In this document: piece after piece, positions 40,165 through 54,270 of the stretch
Position numbering within the stretch: the stretch's first letter is position 1
How the letters are laid out: each line of letters opens with the position of its first letter
Assembly (NCBI GenBank): GCA_951406725.2
Contig: OX597816.1
Coordinates: forward strand, 39,928,001 to 39,992,000
Length of the DNA stretch: 64,000 bases
Reading direction: 5' to 3'
DNA from: Octopus vulgaris
Lineage: Eukaryota
Translations under genes and position numbers: made by a program
The notes under the pieces: generated by a model
The model's input: only the letters and a program-made list of their open reading frames with translations
What the model was told of the DNA's origin: nothing
Database searches by the model: none

Positions 40165-40559
40165 CTAGCAGTATCGCCCGGCGTTGCTCGGGTTTGTAAG
40201 GGAAATAACTATAAAGCATTTTAGAGAGTTATAGCAAAAAAGCAGCAAAAAATGCATTAAAAATAGAAAAAAAATTACGGTAAATTTTTTTTTAAATCGT
40301 TGACTCATCGTAGACATTTTTAGAGAGTTACTTCCCTTTATTTAAAAAATATGCTTTAAAATGGAAAAAAATTATGGTAAATTATTTTAAAAATCGTAGA
40401 CTCATCGTAGACCTGCGCTAATACATAGAAGGGCTCGATATGAATCACGAATATAAGATACCCGGTTTTGGTTAAACTGCACCGCAAAATGTGGGAGTAG
40501 TTAGGAATCTAAATCGTAGGAGACAGACACTCACACAACTTCACTTTTATATATATAGA
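40165..40559 (-). mobile_element. Non-autonomous Helitron
   Basis: Minus strand: A|TC start, 3' hairpin CCCGAGCAACGCCGGG, terminal CTAG|T, no TSD. Confidence 0.8.
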
Positions 40560-42211
40560 TTTCTTGCATAAATTTTACAAGTTTTTAAAATTAATGTGAC
40601 AAATTTGTAATTTAAGTGATAGATTCATACGAGTAGTTTACACAAGTTTCAAATTGTAAATGTCACTATTTTATTCAATTGAAAAATTCTGTGAACTCAG
40701 TCTACAATCTCTAACAGCTGTTGATTCGCACAACTCCTCAAGGGCATAAAAAATGTACAAAAATGCTAATTGTTGTCTCAATCTTCTCAGACCCGAGCAT
40801 AACGTCTGTGGCTGCCGTTCTTATTTAGCCCCAAGCAGACTTACGATCAAAAGGCATTCTAGCCGCCACCATCTCGTTATTTTTTTATTCAGATACAGCC
40901 TGTATAGGACTACTTTATTTTGAATTATAAACATAGAGTAGATCGCATGAGCCGGATAAGGACAATTATTCTTAAAAAGTCTAAATGCCTGTCAAAGTAA
41001 ATGGATGAGAATTCAATATACATAATAACACATTTATTAACAATTAGAAAGGAATCAATATGAGATGTCAGCAAAAATTTGGGGCAATAGATATTTGAAA
41101 AAATAAAAAATAAAAATGTATATACATACATGCATATATATGTGTGTGTGTGTAGCGTATCTGATATCCTCATTGTTTGAGAGACACATTAGGAATGATC
41201 TCGTTTGAGATTACAACCATCTTTGGCTAGTTTGACCCTGTTGTGTCCACTGCTCTGATTGGTTGGCATTTGACGCAGTTTGTCTTTCGACTTATTTCGC
41301 GCCAGTGTGTATGCCAACCAATCACGGCCTTTGGATAAGGTCTCGTGACACTTTCTCTGATCCTTCATTTTAAGCCTACCACAGGCTATAAATAGGCCAG
41401 CATTCACTATTCTACATCTTTCGACTTTAGACCTTCTAAGGTCTAGTCACTGACCACAGAGCTACTCAGCCATGTTCCAGTTCCAGCGACAGACGACCAG
41501 CCAGCCAACCAACCATGCTACTGCTCCATCCATGACGCTACTTTACACCAGCGACAGACAGGACGTTTTCCATCTCCGCCGCCGTCATCACCATCGTCGT
41601 TTCCATCTCCGTCGACTTCAACATGTATACATCAACATACACACAGGTTTAAACACACGCTGTTTGTGACAATTCACCCTGGTAAAACAGTCAGTCTACC
41701 TGAAGAAATATCTGAGACTCGGCTCGGCATTGAATCCCCAACCGCTGCATAAGTGCCTCAACTGGCCTCGGCCTCGAGACCTCCGACATCTTGTTATAGA
41801 ACTTGCTATTGTGTACCTCATGAACTGGTAAACTAATTCCATCTTAACTTAATATGCTGAGACATTCATCTTATGCTTGTATATCTTTTATGTGCATACA
41901 CTATTATTTGTACTTTCTGACGAAAACACAGATCAAATACTATGCGCACGCATTCAGACACAACACTTCGCTAGGCACTCACAACACACTGTCTTTGTAC
42001 ACATGGTAAAGTCTTCTCTCTCAGACAGTAGAACGGTTTGTCGTCTTTCAGTCATTCCTTTTGTCACTGTATTTTATATCATGTATTTAGCTTCTTATTT
42101 TGTTAGGGGCGACCGTGCGGCGTTCTAAAGGAGATATTTGTCACCAACGCCTTACGTACGGTCGTCTATTCCTACATATATATATTTATTTATATACATA
42201 TATTCCTTTTT

Positions 42212-42693
42212 TTACTCTTTTTTATTTGTTTCAGTCATTTGACTGCGGCCATGCTGGAGAACCACCTTTAGACTATATCAAATCGACCTTAAGACTTATT
42301 CTTTGTAAGCCTAGTACTTATTCTATCGGTGTCTTCTGCTGAACCACTAAGTTACGGGGACGTAATCACACCAGTATCGGTTATCAAGCGATGGTGGGGG
42401 ACAAACACAGCCTCACAAACACACACACACACACACAAACGCATATACGACGGGCTTCTTTCAGTTTCCGTCTACAAAATCCTCTCACAAGGCTTTAGTT
42501 GGCCTGAGGCTATAGTAGAAGACACTTACCCAAGGTGTCACGCTGTGGGACTGAACCCGGAACCATGCGGTTGGTAAGCAAGCTACTTACCACATCACCA
42601 CTTCTATATAGGCGTAGGAGTGGCTGTGTGGGAAGTAGCTTGTTTACCAACAACATGGTTCCGGGTTTAGTCCCACTGCGTGGCACTTTGGGT
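42212..42693 (-). mobile_element. SINE family C (-) plus an adjacent inverted head fragment (42609-42693, +)
   Basis: Aligns with the family C consensus. Confidence 0.8.
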
Positions 42694-43454
42694 AGTTATA
42701 TATATTTTTAAAAAATTATAAATATAAATTCTCAAATAAAAGGCGTGACCTCTAGGACAAAATTCCTCATCTTATAAAGTGTGGCCCCAGTAGACCCGAA
42801 TGAAATCGGGTTATATTAACCAAAATGTAAAAATGGGGTCTAAATGGGGCTGGAAGGGGATTAAAATTTACAGGAGCGGGTGTTTAGGAATTCTCTGTTA
42901 CATCAAGCTAAAAAATTTGCGCCAGCCTTTTAATCGTCAATGTGTTGCCGTCCATGATGAAGAAGTTTTGAATGCTTGCCATGGTGAGTCTACTGTCGTG
43001 AGAAAGAATCACTTCAAAACTTGGTGTTTAGGAATTTTCTTTTACATCAAGTTCAAAATTTTACGCCAGCCGTTAAACTGTCAATACGTTGCTGTCCGTC
43101 GTTAAGAAATGCCAGCCATGGTGACTCTACTATCCTCAGATTCTACCCCTTCAAACTTTGGTTTCCAATATTTTATTATTTTTATTCAGCTCGCAAGTTC
43201 GTCTGTCCCTTTTAAATGTTAGTGTTTTGCTGTCTGCCTTGAAGCAGACCTTTCCGTTCTCACTGCCTGATATTTATGATTGATCTTTCAAAATATTTTA
43301 TTTCTCAACTTACTCAAGATCTTTTGTTGTTTATAAATGGGAGAGAGATAGATAAAGATAGAGAGTAAGAGAAAGCGAGGGAGAGTCCGAGAGAAAAGAA
43401 AAGTAAGAGAGTGGGAAAGTGAGAGAGAAAGGAGAGAGAAACAAAGAGGGAGAA

Positions 43455-43762
43455 TCATCATCATCATCATGGTTTAACGTCCGTTTTCCGTGCTAGCACG
43501 GGTTGGACAGTTTGACCGGGGTCTGGGAAGCCAGGAGGCTGCACCAGGCTCCAGTCTGATCTGGCAGTGTTTCTACAGCTGGATGCCCTTCCTAACGCCA
43601 ACCACTCTGTGAGTGTAGTGGGTGCTTTTTTCGTGCCACCGGCACAAGTGCCAGGGGGCTGGCAGCGGCCACGATCGGTTGGTGCTTTTTACGTGCCACC
43701 GGCACAGAAGCCAGTCAAGGCGGTGCTGTCATCGGCCACGTTCGGATGGTGCTTTTTACGTG
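43455..43762 (-). mobile_element. Family E retroposon 3' part with (GAT)n tail
   Basis: ..GGCGTTAGGAAGGGCATCCAGCTGTAGAAAC..CGGACGTTAAAC(GAT)n. Copies at 2143-2445 (-), 7715-7965 (+) and 58395-58650 (-). Confidence 0.8.
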
Positions 43763-44562
43763 CTGAAAGGAAGCAACAGAAAGTAACAACCACACTCTTA
43801 CCCGCGCGTAGAGCGGGTCACCTTAAGCTTGTATATATATATAAATGCAACTACGGTAGTAGTTGAATAATATTCTTATGGCCGCAATTTACTCACACGC
43901 AGCATCTTTGAGAGCTTATCGCTAATTCAGTTCTTAACCAAATTGAAAACTGTTAACATTATGGAAGAGGACTGGTCCCTAGCTACATTTTGGAATTAAA
44001 AAAATTGAGATTTGGTCCAGTAGAAAAAAGTTTCCATCAAAATTTTTAACAACGTTATAAGAGAGTAAGTAACGCCTCCAATCAAGTTTAGATCTAAATA
44101 ACTTTTTTATTTTAAAAAACAAAGTATATTTATCTTAGCTTCAATGACAGAAGGAAGCCTGAAAAATTTCATAGTTTTGGTCCCAGGCAACAAAAATTTG
44201 TATAAAAAAAGTTGTGAGGTAAAATATAAGGAAAAATATAAGGCAAAAAATTGGATTGAAGTATAATTAATTGTTTTTATATTTTAAAAACAAACTATAT
44301 TAAACATAAATGATAGAGCTCAATTCGAGGAATGGCATGGTATCAATCTCATGCAATGAAGTGTTAAAAGAAAAGTGTTTGTTTCTCAAATTTGAGGGTG
44401 ATATAGTTCTATAATACGGCTTTTAATGTATGTCCCCGGCATCATTGAGGTAAGGAAAAATTATCAATGGCACCACTAATTGACACATTTGACACATTAT
44501 TAATTAGTATAATAGTATAACCTGGAAAAAACATAGATTACATGTGAAAATGTGTGCCAGAG

Positions 44563-45352
44563 AAATAATATTTTGAAGATTATAAACCTGAAAAGTACAT
44601 GACAAGTTATTACACCTGGTAAAGTACAGAACAAGAAATTTTTTACGTAAAATATTACAGCTAAGGATAAAATTTGAACTTTAAAACTCATTTGATTTTA
44701 ATTTACAAAGTAACATTGTAATTTGAAAAGATACCATCATTTTGTTAAAATATTGACACACTAGAATACTTTAAAAATGTGAGCCAGAAGAACCAATATA
44801 GCTTAAAGTTTTATGCAAAGTAGAATAGTATATATGGTAGAGAGATTCTTTATGTAAAAGATGGGCATTGGGTCAAGACTAAAAAGGTGAAGACTTGGCA
44901 ATAACTTAGGCAATAACTCAAGCAAATTTCACGGTGAATTTGTTGTTATAGGTAGATTTTACTATCAATATAAAACTAATTTTTATATTATTTTATTTAT
45001 TGTACTACTATTATTTTTATAACCTATTTTCAAATTTCTTATTATTAATTAATAATTAAAAGAATGAAATTTTTAAAATGCAAAAAATATTTTGAGTTAT
45101 TTTTAATTTTTAATAGAAGTAACAAGTAATAACTAATAGAAGTAATAACTTATAATAAAATCTTTAGCTTTAATAAAAGCGAATATTTTCTAAATCTAAA
45201 TGTTTTATTTGAAATTTTATCTTTAGCTGCAATATTTTAAGTAAAACATTTCTTGTTCTGTACTTTACCAGATGTAATAAGTTGTCCTGAACTTTTCCAA
45301 GTGTAATAACTTGTCCTGTATGTTTCCAGGTTTATAATCTCAAGAATATTAT
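44563..45352. mobile_element. Old AT-rich fold-back/MITE-like element
   Basis: ~44563-44680 and ~45208-45352 are imperfect inverted repeats (GGTAAAGTACAGAACAAGAAAT / ATTTCTTGTTCTGTACTTTACC). Confidence 0.55.
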
Positions 45353-45362
45353 ATCTCTCGCT

Positions 45363-45413
<51 letters not shown>

Positions 45414-46392
45414 GAGGAAAGAAGGCTACGAATGACCCGTCTTTTTTGCCTGTCCGTCTTTGAATCGTATATCTGTCCGAATGTTTTATTGTTCTCTATT
45501 CCGGTTTTGTTCCATTTTTATATTTATATGTAAATATAGCGGCGTACGTACACACTTATAGTAGGTGTATATCTAAATTTTGTACGATCTTTTACTCTAG
45601 CTTTTAGTCCCACTCATACTACCTCTTTTCTTTTTCTCACACTCCCTCTCTCTCCCTCTCTCACATTTCTTAGCCCTCTCTTTCTTTAACTCCCACTTTT
45701 CCTCTTCGTTTATCTCCTTTCCCTTTGTCTCTGATTTTTTTCTAATCCTTCAATCCCGCTGCCCCCTACACCTCTCTCCTCCTTCCACGTGACCGATGTC
45801 CGGCCAGTCGTTATCTTTCTTTCTTGGCCTGACCGCCAACACCTCTTTTGTTCATCTATGTTCCTGTCTTTAGGCTTTCACTTCATACACGCCAGCTCAA
45901 TTTGATTCGCTCTCAGTCGAAGGACACCTGTTGTCTATATTCTTGTTATTTGTATTTGTAATTTGCATCATGTTCTCCGTTTTTTGCCTTTGTTGCCGTA
46001 CACAATCGCTAGCTTTCTTACAAAAAAATCTAATACTCTTAGCTTAGACTTTGTGAGGGGAGGGTCAACAAGATCGAACTGTCCCAAGTGTAACTGTCCG
46101 AAACAGTAAGGACTTCTGGTAACTTGACTGAGGAAAGAAGGCCACGAATGCCCGACTTTTTTTTGCCTGTCTTCTAATTGTTGTTTTTCCTGTCCGCCTT
46201 TATATCGTATATCTGTCCGAATGTTTTTATGTCCACTAGTGCGTTTTTATTCCATTATATATATATATATATTATTTTTTAGTTTCTGCTCAGAGCTGCG
46301 GCCATGCTTCGGGAGTATAACTCCAAACTTACAGGGAAAAATTCAATTTAGTATTAAATCAAATTTCACAATATAAATATATAAAGTATAAA

Positions 46393-46578
46393 TTAGAGAT
46401 AAAACCACTATTATGCAACTCAAACAGTGATAGACATAAACCAATACGTAAATAACAAGCAGTATATATAATATATTATAATATATAATAATAATTATTA
46501 TATATATATTACTTGTTATTTATGCATTGGTTTATGTCTATCACTGTTTGGGTTGAATAATAGTAGTTTTATCTCTAA

Positions 46579-46580
<2 letters not shown>
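46393..46580. repeat. Imperfect ~80-bp-arm hairpin around a TA-rich core
   Basis: AAACAGTGATAGACATAAACCAAT / ATTGGTTTATGTCTATCACTGTTT. Confidence 0.8.
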
Positions 46581-46587
<7 letters not shown>

Positions 46588-46616
<29 letters not shown>

Positions 46617-46630
46617 GTATGTGTGTGTAT

Positions 46631-46682
<52 letters not shown>

Positions 46683-46737
46683 GTATGTGTGTGTATATAT
46701 ATATATATGTCTTTTATTTATTTTCATAAAGCTTCCC

Positions 46738-46773
<36 letters not shown>

Positions 46774-46886
46774 GTATGTGTATATATATATATGTATATA
46801 TATATACGTATGTATGTATATATATATGTATGTATATATATGTATATATATATACGTATGTATATATATATCTATATATATATACG

Positions 46887-46952
<66 letters not shown>

Positions 46953-47265
46953 CGTATGTATATATATATATATACGTATGTATATATATATACGTATGTA
47001 TATATATATACATACGTATGTATATATACGTATGTATATATATATATACGTATGTATATATATATATACGTATGTGTATATATATATACGTATGTATATA
47101 TATATATTATGTATATATATATATACGTATGTATATATATACGTATGTATATATATATATACGTATGTATATATATATATACGTATGTGTATATATATAT
47201 ACGTATGTGTGTATATATGTATATATATATACGTATGTGTATATATATATATATATATATATACG

Positions 47266-47299
<34 letters not shown>

Positions 47300-47480
47300 C
47301 GTATGTGTATATATATATATATACGTCTGTGTATATATATATGTGCTTATATATATACATGTATATATATATACGTATGTATATATATATGTGTGTTTAT
47401 ATATATACATGCATATATATATATGTTATACATATACATATAAATATATATAAAACATACATACACACATACATACATAC
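46588..47480. repeat. Long compound (TA)n microsatellite punctuated by TACGTATG
   Basis: Directly visible; source of the YI-repeat ORFs. Confidence 0.95.
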
Positions 47481-48633
47481 AAATAGTTCAAATGTATAGA
47501 AAGCAAAAGACGAAGACAGGTAAGGGAACAACAAGCAGGTGTACTAGTTTGAGACCCGGGAAAAAAATTGAAAAGTCTTTCACTTTTCGAGCCAATGCTC
47601 TTCGACAGAAAGGGTTGAGAGTAAGAAAATGGTGAGAGAATGAAAAAAACGGAGAGAGAAAGAATATATATTGGGATTACCGGTTCAAAACACACACACA
47701 CACACATGCACACGCATGCACGCACACACAAACACACACGCCTGCACGCACACACATTCATATATGCATACTTACATGCATGCATACTTACATACATACA
47801 TATATGCATATACACATAGATATTGGTATGTAAGAAAATAAGACTGTGCGTTGTTTTTATGGATGCAGTATAATACGAAGTCATAATAGGTAGATCAAAC
47901 AAAAAATACCCTTCACCAGCTTTTTCTTGGAATGTTTGAAGTTTCGATGCCTTAGGCAAAACCGCTATTCTAATGACGTCAACAACCATCGTATGCAGTT
48001 GCTAGGAAATTGTTGCAGTGGAACTGTGACACAACACACTAGAAAAAATATTAAGCAGAACAAAAAACAAAAAAGAAAACTATGAAACCAACAAACGCGA
48101 CCATGCCTTCATCAAAATATCCTCTTGTGAGGATTTTCGTGGTGTGGGCGATTTGGACGTATTACACAACCCCCGGATACGGTTGTCAGAGAATCGACAA
48201 AAGTGCTGAGGCACAAAAGACAGGAAAAACGTAAGGAAAATATATAGAATATATAGTTAAGTTTTATAATGAATGAGACAGGAAAGACACGTGGGCAAGG
48301 GATATGGTAAAGACTTGGACAGAAAAGAGAAACGACAGTAATATGTACGACGCTAAAAGTAAAAAAACGAATAAATGATTAGGTACTTGGAGAAACGTTC
48401 TTGAGCAAATAATGTTGAGGTGGGAGGAGGACAAAGAGAAATTGGTGAGTTCACTAAAGAAATGAAATGAGAAAGAAAGATAACAGGTCAGAGACCAAAG
48501 GAAGTATCAAGCTGGGAATAGAAAGAGAAAAGAGATAGAGTAAAGGGAGAGAAATAGTGAAGAGAGAGAAGGGAGGGAGGAATAGATGGCAAAGAGAGAA
48601 AGAAAGAAACATAGCAGTATTTTAAACAATACA

Positions 48634-49048
48634 TAGGCGCAGGAGTGGCTGTGTGGTAAGTAGCTTGCCTACCAACCACATGGTTCTGGGTTCAGTCCCA
48701 CTGCGTGGCATCTTGGGCAAGTGTCTTCTGCTATAGCCTCGGGCCGACCAATGCCTTGTGAGTGGATTTGGTAGACGGAAACTGAAAGAAGCCTGTCGTA
48801 TATATGTATATATATGTATGTATGTGTATGTATATGTTTGTGTGTCTGTGTTTGTCCCTCTAGCATTGCTTGACAACCGATGCTGGTGTGTTTACGTCCC
48901 TGTCATTTAGCGGTTCGGCAAAAGAGACCGATAGAATAAGTACTGGGCTTACAAAGAATAAGTCCCGGGGTCGATTCGCTCAACTAAAGGCGGTGCTACA
49001 GCATGGCCGCAGTCAAATGACTGAAACAAGTAAAAGAGTGAAGAGTAA
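48634..49048 (+). mobile_element. SINE family C
   Basis: Full-length copy. Confidence 0.9.
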
Positions 49049-49534
49049 ATACAGTGGCTTCTACATAAACTGTAGAAACAAATAAAATAAATACAAAATA
49101 TTCCTTACTTGTAATCACTCTTTCATGATTTTCATGATTTCAACGCCACAAGAAGTAAAGTTATAATAGTAGCATCAACAGCTATCGGAAAGCTTAACCG
49201 TATATAATTTTTACTAATGCTTCTTTTGGTCTTTTATGTCTTGTCTCCACCTTGTCAATTCCCTTAACGCTTCATGATTTATTGCTTACCGTAATCGCTT
49301 TGTTCTTATAAATGTATTGACATGTAATTTATTTTCACCCTATACAAGAGCGGAATTGAATGCTGTAGTTGATACTTCAAAATGGCTCCCCGATGAGATG
49401 GTCCTTACGAATCACGTAATAAACGGACAATGATGTAAAAGTTAAGACAAGATATAGGAATGGATATTTTCTGAAATATCACTGATACTATTTTCGCTCA
49501 AATGCATACATACATGCACGAATAAGTGCATACA

Positions 49535-49600
<66 letters not shown>

Positions 49601-49602
<2 letters not shown>

Positions 49603-50635
49603 ACTCTTTTACTTGTTTCAGTCATTTGACTGCGGCCATGCTGGAGCACCGCCTTTAATCGAGCAACTTGACCCTGGGACTTATTCTTTGTAAGCCCAGT
49701 ACTTATTCTATCGGTCTCTTTTGCGGAACCGCTAAGTGACGGGGACATAAACACACCAGCATCGGTTGTCAAGCAATGCTAGGGGGACAAACACAGACAC
49801 ACAAACATACACGCACACACATATATATATACATATATACGACAGACTTCTTTCAGTTTCTGTCTACCAAATCCACTCACAAGGCTTTGGTTGGCCCGAG
49901 GCTATAGTAAAAAACACTTGCCCAAGGTGCCGCGCAGTGGGACTGAACCCGGAACCATGTGGTTGGTAAGCAAGCTACTTACCACACAACCACTCCTGCG
50001 CCTGTAATATATATATATATATATATATATACACACGCACATTTATATATGTGTATATATAGTGACTGTGTGGTAAGTAGCTTGCTTACCAACCACATGG
50101 TTCCCGGTTCAGTCCCACTGCATGGCACCTTGGGCAAGTGTCTTCTACTATAGCCTCAGGCTGACCAAAACCTTGTGAGTGGATTTGGTAGACAGAAACT
50201 GAAAGAAGCCCGTTGTATATATATCTATATATATGTGTGTGTGTGTGTGTATACGTTTGTGTGGCTGTATCTGTCCACCCAACATCGCTTGGCAACTGAT
50301 GCTGGTGTATTTACGTCCCCGTAACTTAGCAAAAGAGACTGATAGAATAAGTACTAGGCAATTTTTGTATTCGTTTGGTGTCAGTACAGGACATCCTGAG
50401 ATGAGATAGTCTTACTCTTTTTACTCTTTTACTTGTTTCAGTCTTTTGACTGTGGCCATGCTGGAGCACCACCTTTAGTTGAGCAAATCGACCCCAGGAC
50501 TTATTCTTTAGAAGCTTAGTACTTATTCTATCTGTCTCTTTTGCCACACCACTAAGTTATGGGGACATAAACACACCAGCATCGGTTGTCAAGCGATGTT
50601 GGGGGACATACAAAGACACACAAACATATACACAC

Positions 50636-50666
<31 letters not shown>

Positions 50667-50830
50667 CGATGGGCTTCTTTCAGTTTCCGTCTACTAAATC
50701 CACTCACAAGGCTTTGGTCGGCCCGAGGCTATAGTAGAAGACACTTGCCCAAGGTGCCATGCAGTGGGACTGAACCCGGAACCATGTGGTTGGTAAACAA
50801 GCTACTTACCACACAGCCACTCCTGCGCCT
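49601..50830. mobile_element. Cluster of three family C SINEs: 49601-50003 (-), 50061-50358 (+, truncated), 50413-50830 (-)
   Basis: Each aligns with the family C consensus; orientations alternate. Confidence 0.85.
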
Positions 50831-51781
50831 TGCTCTATTGTTTTTTTCAAACGTGTCACAGAATCTGCATCTTGAGTCAGAACTGTTCTGAAGAATGTTG
50901 ACCAGGTAGTTTTTGATAGGAAAGCTTTGATATTGTACTACCAATATGAAACCTTCAGTCTCTGCTTTCAGTCCTGAACCTCTCAGCCACTGATGGTTTG
51001 TTGGTTGGTCTACATCAGCATTTTAACTTCGAAGAATATACTGTCCATGCAGAGGCTTCTGGCTCCACCACTCCTCAATTTGTTTCTGCCCGTTCTTTTT
51101 TGCAGCCTGCTTGATCCCTTGTGCTTGTTTTGTGGCAGTGGTTTCAGGTTCTTCATCTTATTCAGGGTTAATGCCAAGTTCCCTTGCGAATTTGCAAGCT
51201 TCTTTGACAATAGAATGTAATTTTTTGCTGCTTTCATGTTATCATTGTTATTATCATTATTATTATTATTGTTGCTATCATCATCATCATCATCATCATG
51301 ATTATTATTATTATAATCATCATAATTATTATCATTATCATCATTGTTGTTGTTGTAGCATAATGAAATAATAGATTGAAGTAATGGGATCTGAATACTA
51401 ATTTGTTGAGGTGTTTAAAAATATGACAGAAACATTGGAGAGCATTCGAAAAGGTCAATGAATGAATCACTTAAAAGCAGTGTCTCTAATTGCATGATAT
51501 TTGATTTGGAAACAAACAAAAGAAGTTGCAATCACAGAAAAATATTGCTTCTTCATTGTTTCTAATTAAAGCTGACATTTTCAAGTGAGAAATCACATTA
51601 TCTTATAGTTTTGAATGGTTATTGCATTTAAAGAGTTTCATTCATCTATTTTCTTCACATTAGCAAAAATGTCAACTATCGAAAGAGAAAAAAACATTGT
51701 TCTATATTTAAGAGATGAGGAATTATGTGCATTATTTACATTATTTACTTTTGACGGATATTTGTCCTCATCTTTGTTGTT

Positions 51782-51827
51782 AATACAACGTTTCAGCTGA
51801 TACACCCTCCAACCTTCATCAGGTGTC
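51782..51827 (-). ncRNA. Diverged second copy of the family G hammerhead
   Basis: GACAC-CUGAUGA-AGGUUG..CAGCU-GAAA-CG-UU-GUAUU. Stem II substitutions become GU pairs; one stem I mismatch. Confidence 0.5.
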
Positions 51828-52539
51828 TTGGGGAAATTTTGAACCTGGGTTCTCATTCCTAAGGTATTTTTGATGTTATTATTATTATTATAATTATTAT
51901 TATTATTATTATTGAGTGAGAGAGTTGTGCATGCCATCAAAGTGACGCTGGGGTAAAATATACAAAGCCCAGTATACCCATCATGACTACCTGTCTGATA
52001 AGGGTACACCAGGCACATGCATCACAACCATATGTGCATGACATGGTGATCTCATATCAAGATAAACAGCGCATGACCTTGCAGGTGGGGCCCAGTTACA
52101 ATTTTTTTCTGGTCGAGTAGTCCATCCCACTCAAAAGGTCCCTGAACAAGGATTGTTTAAGGATGTTGAACGAACCACCTATGTTTCCGAATGTGAATTA
52201 TCCAAACCGTTAAGAATTCCTCTCAACACATGGCTATGATGCTCCCCCACTACTTTCTGCTCATGATCAGAGATGCACATATCGTCAGCTACTAAGGGAC
52301 ATGCTCAACTGGTTAAGGTCAAACAACTGACAAGCAAATCTGTGGTATTGAGCAGAATATTTGCTGTAGCCCATAGATATAATCGACTATCCCTCTCCAC
52401 CAAATTTCAGGCCTTGTACCTATCATAGAAAATATTATCATTATCATTATTATTATCACCACTTTCCTTATTTTAACTCAGGCTTCGTTGGAACCCCTGG
52501 AATCTTACATGGATTAGTAGGCTTGCTACTTACACCCTA

Positions 52540-53086
52540 TGGAGCCATGCTTTTATTCTCTTCAAGTATCTAGTACTTTCCTGATAATTCTGGCTGTGCC
52601 AAGGAGGTACACTTTTTGCAACAGCTCTACTGGACACTCTACTCCCATTTCCTTTATGTTTTTCTCAATATCTTTTGATACCTTCCCCAAGGCCCCAGGA
52701 ATAATTGGCACTATCTTTACCTTTCTCATCTTCCACAACCAAACTATTTTGTATTGAAGAGGATTATACACATCTTCTTTCTCATCTTCTTTCTTAACTA
52801 TCTCTGAGACAACTGGACATGAAACATCAATTACAAAGCACGCCTAGTTTACTTTGTCCTTCACCAAGATGTCTTGTTTGAATTGGGAAATCCCACAGGA
52901 CTTTGCAAGTCACCAATTCAGTCACTCTCTGTGGTTTGTTGTCGTACCATATCTTCCTTCTCTCTCTAATTTCTATTTATTACACAGTTTCCAATGCAGA
53001 ACTATCGCTACCTTATCATGTGCCCACAAGTTATACTGGTTTGGGGAAAATCTAGGACATTCATTTACAATATGGGCAATAGTTTC
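52540..53086 (-). mobile_element. R4/Dong-like non-LTR retrotransposon relic (zinc-knuckle end plus restriction-like endonuclease)
   Basis: ETIAHIVNEC..HDKVAIVLHWKLC..IDVSCP..LWKMRKVKIVPIIPGALG..LLQKVYLLGTARIIRKVL. Related pieces at 50830-51060 (WLRGSGLKAETEGFI..SRCRFCD), 22085-22350 (WEHKP..NRPDIILKD..LIDMTVP) and 23050-23125. Confidence 0.75.
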
Positions 53087-54050
53087 CTCCTCCTCCTCCT
53101 ACTCATCTTCTTCTTCTTCTTCTTCTTCTTCTTCTTCTTCCTCCCCTTCTTCCTCCACTTCCTCCTCCGCTTCTTTCTCTTCTTCTGCTTCCTCCTCCTC
53201 TTCCACTTCCTCCTTCTCCTCCTCCCCCTTCCCCTCCGCTTCCTCCTCCTCCACCTCCTCCTCCTCTCCCTCCTCCCCTTCCGCTTCCTCCACCTCTCCC
53301 CCCTCCTCATCTTCCGCTTCCTCCTCTTCCACCACCACCACCTCCTCTTCTCCCTCCTCTTTCTCTACTTCTTCTTCCTCCTCCTCCGCCTCCCCCCATC
53401 CTCGACTTCCTCTTCTCCCTCCTCTTTCTCTACTTCTTCTTCCTCCTCCTCCGCCTCCCCCATCCTCGACTTCCTCTTCTCCCTCCTCTTTCTCTACTTC
53501 TTCTTCCTCCTCCTCCTCCGCCTCCCCCCATCCTCGACTTCCTCTTCTCCCTCCTCTTTCTCTACTTCTTCTTTCTCCCCTTCCTCCCCCCATCCTCGAC
53601 TTCCTCTTCTCCCTCCTCTTCTTCCTCCTCCTCCTCCTCCTCCCCATCCTCGACTTCCTCCTCTTCCAAAACCACCACCACCATCACCAACTTCAAATTC
53701 TGCCGAAGTCAACTTTGTCGGCTATCCTTTTGGGGGTCAATGAAATAAACACTAGGGTTGATGTAATCAGCAGTCCCCTTCCCCACAATTTCAGGCTTCA
53801 TTCCACCACCACTCCCACCACCACCACCATCACCACCACCACCACCACCACCACCACCACCACTGCCACTGCTACCACCACCACTGCCGCTGCCACCACC
53901 ACCACCACCACCACAACTGCCACCACCACTGCCACTGCTACCACCACCACTGCTGCTGCCACCACCACCACCACCACCACCGCCACCACCGCCGCTGCCA
54001 CCACCACCACCACCACCACCACTGTTGTCGTCGTCATCATCATCATCATT
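53085..54050. repeat. Pyrimidine-rich (TCC/TTC)n tract with a ~60-bp minisatellite, followed by (CCA)n
   Basis: Directly visible; CCCCATCCTCGACTTCCTC recurs five times. Another (ACC)n tract lies at 55850-56030. Confidence 0.9.
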
Positions 54051-54270
54051 ATAAGGGTGGTGAATTGATGGACTCATCAGGGTGTTAAATCAAATGGCAA
54101 GAGACATTTGTTTTAGCATCCTCTTCCAGCACTCTACACTCTGAGTTCAAATCCTGCCAAGGTCAACTTTGCCTTTTTTCTCTTTCTGGTCAGTAAAATA
54201 AAGTACCAGTCAGGTACTGGATGCCAGATATGAGTAATCCCTTCTCTTAAAATCTACTGGATTTACCTCG

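Noticed and set aside
46621-47499. Long YI/YV-repeat ORFs (also near 17.9 kb, 21.9 kb and 39.6 kb)
   Set aside because: Translations of (TA)n/(TATG)n microsatellites.
47998-48010. RFX X-box-like GTTGCTAGGAAAT
   Set aside because: Isolated short motif with no associated gene start; similar motifs occur inside repeats.
52854-54068. 404-aa Ser/Thr-rich ORF and the overlapping Glu/Gly-rich ORFs
   Set aside because: Open only because of (TCC)n/(CCA)n repeats; it also spans an antisense LINE relic and a SINE fragment.
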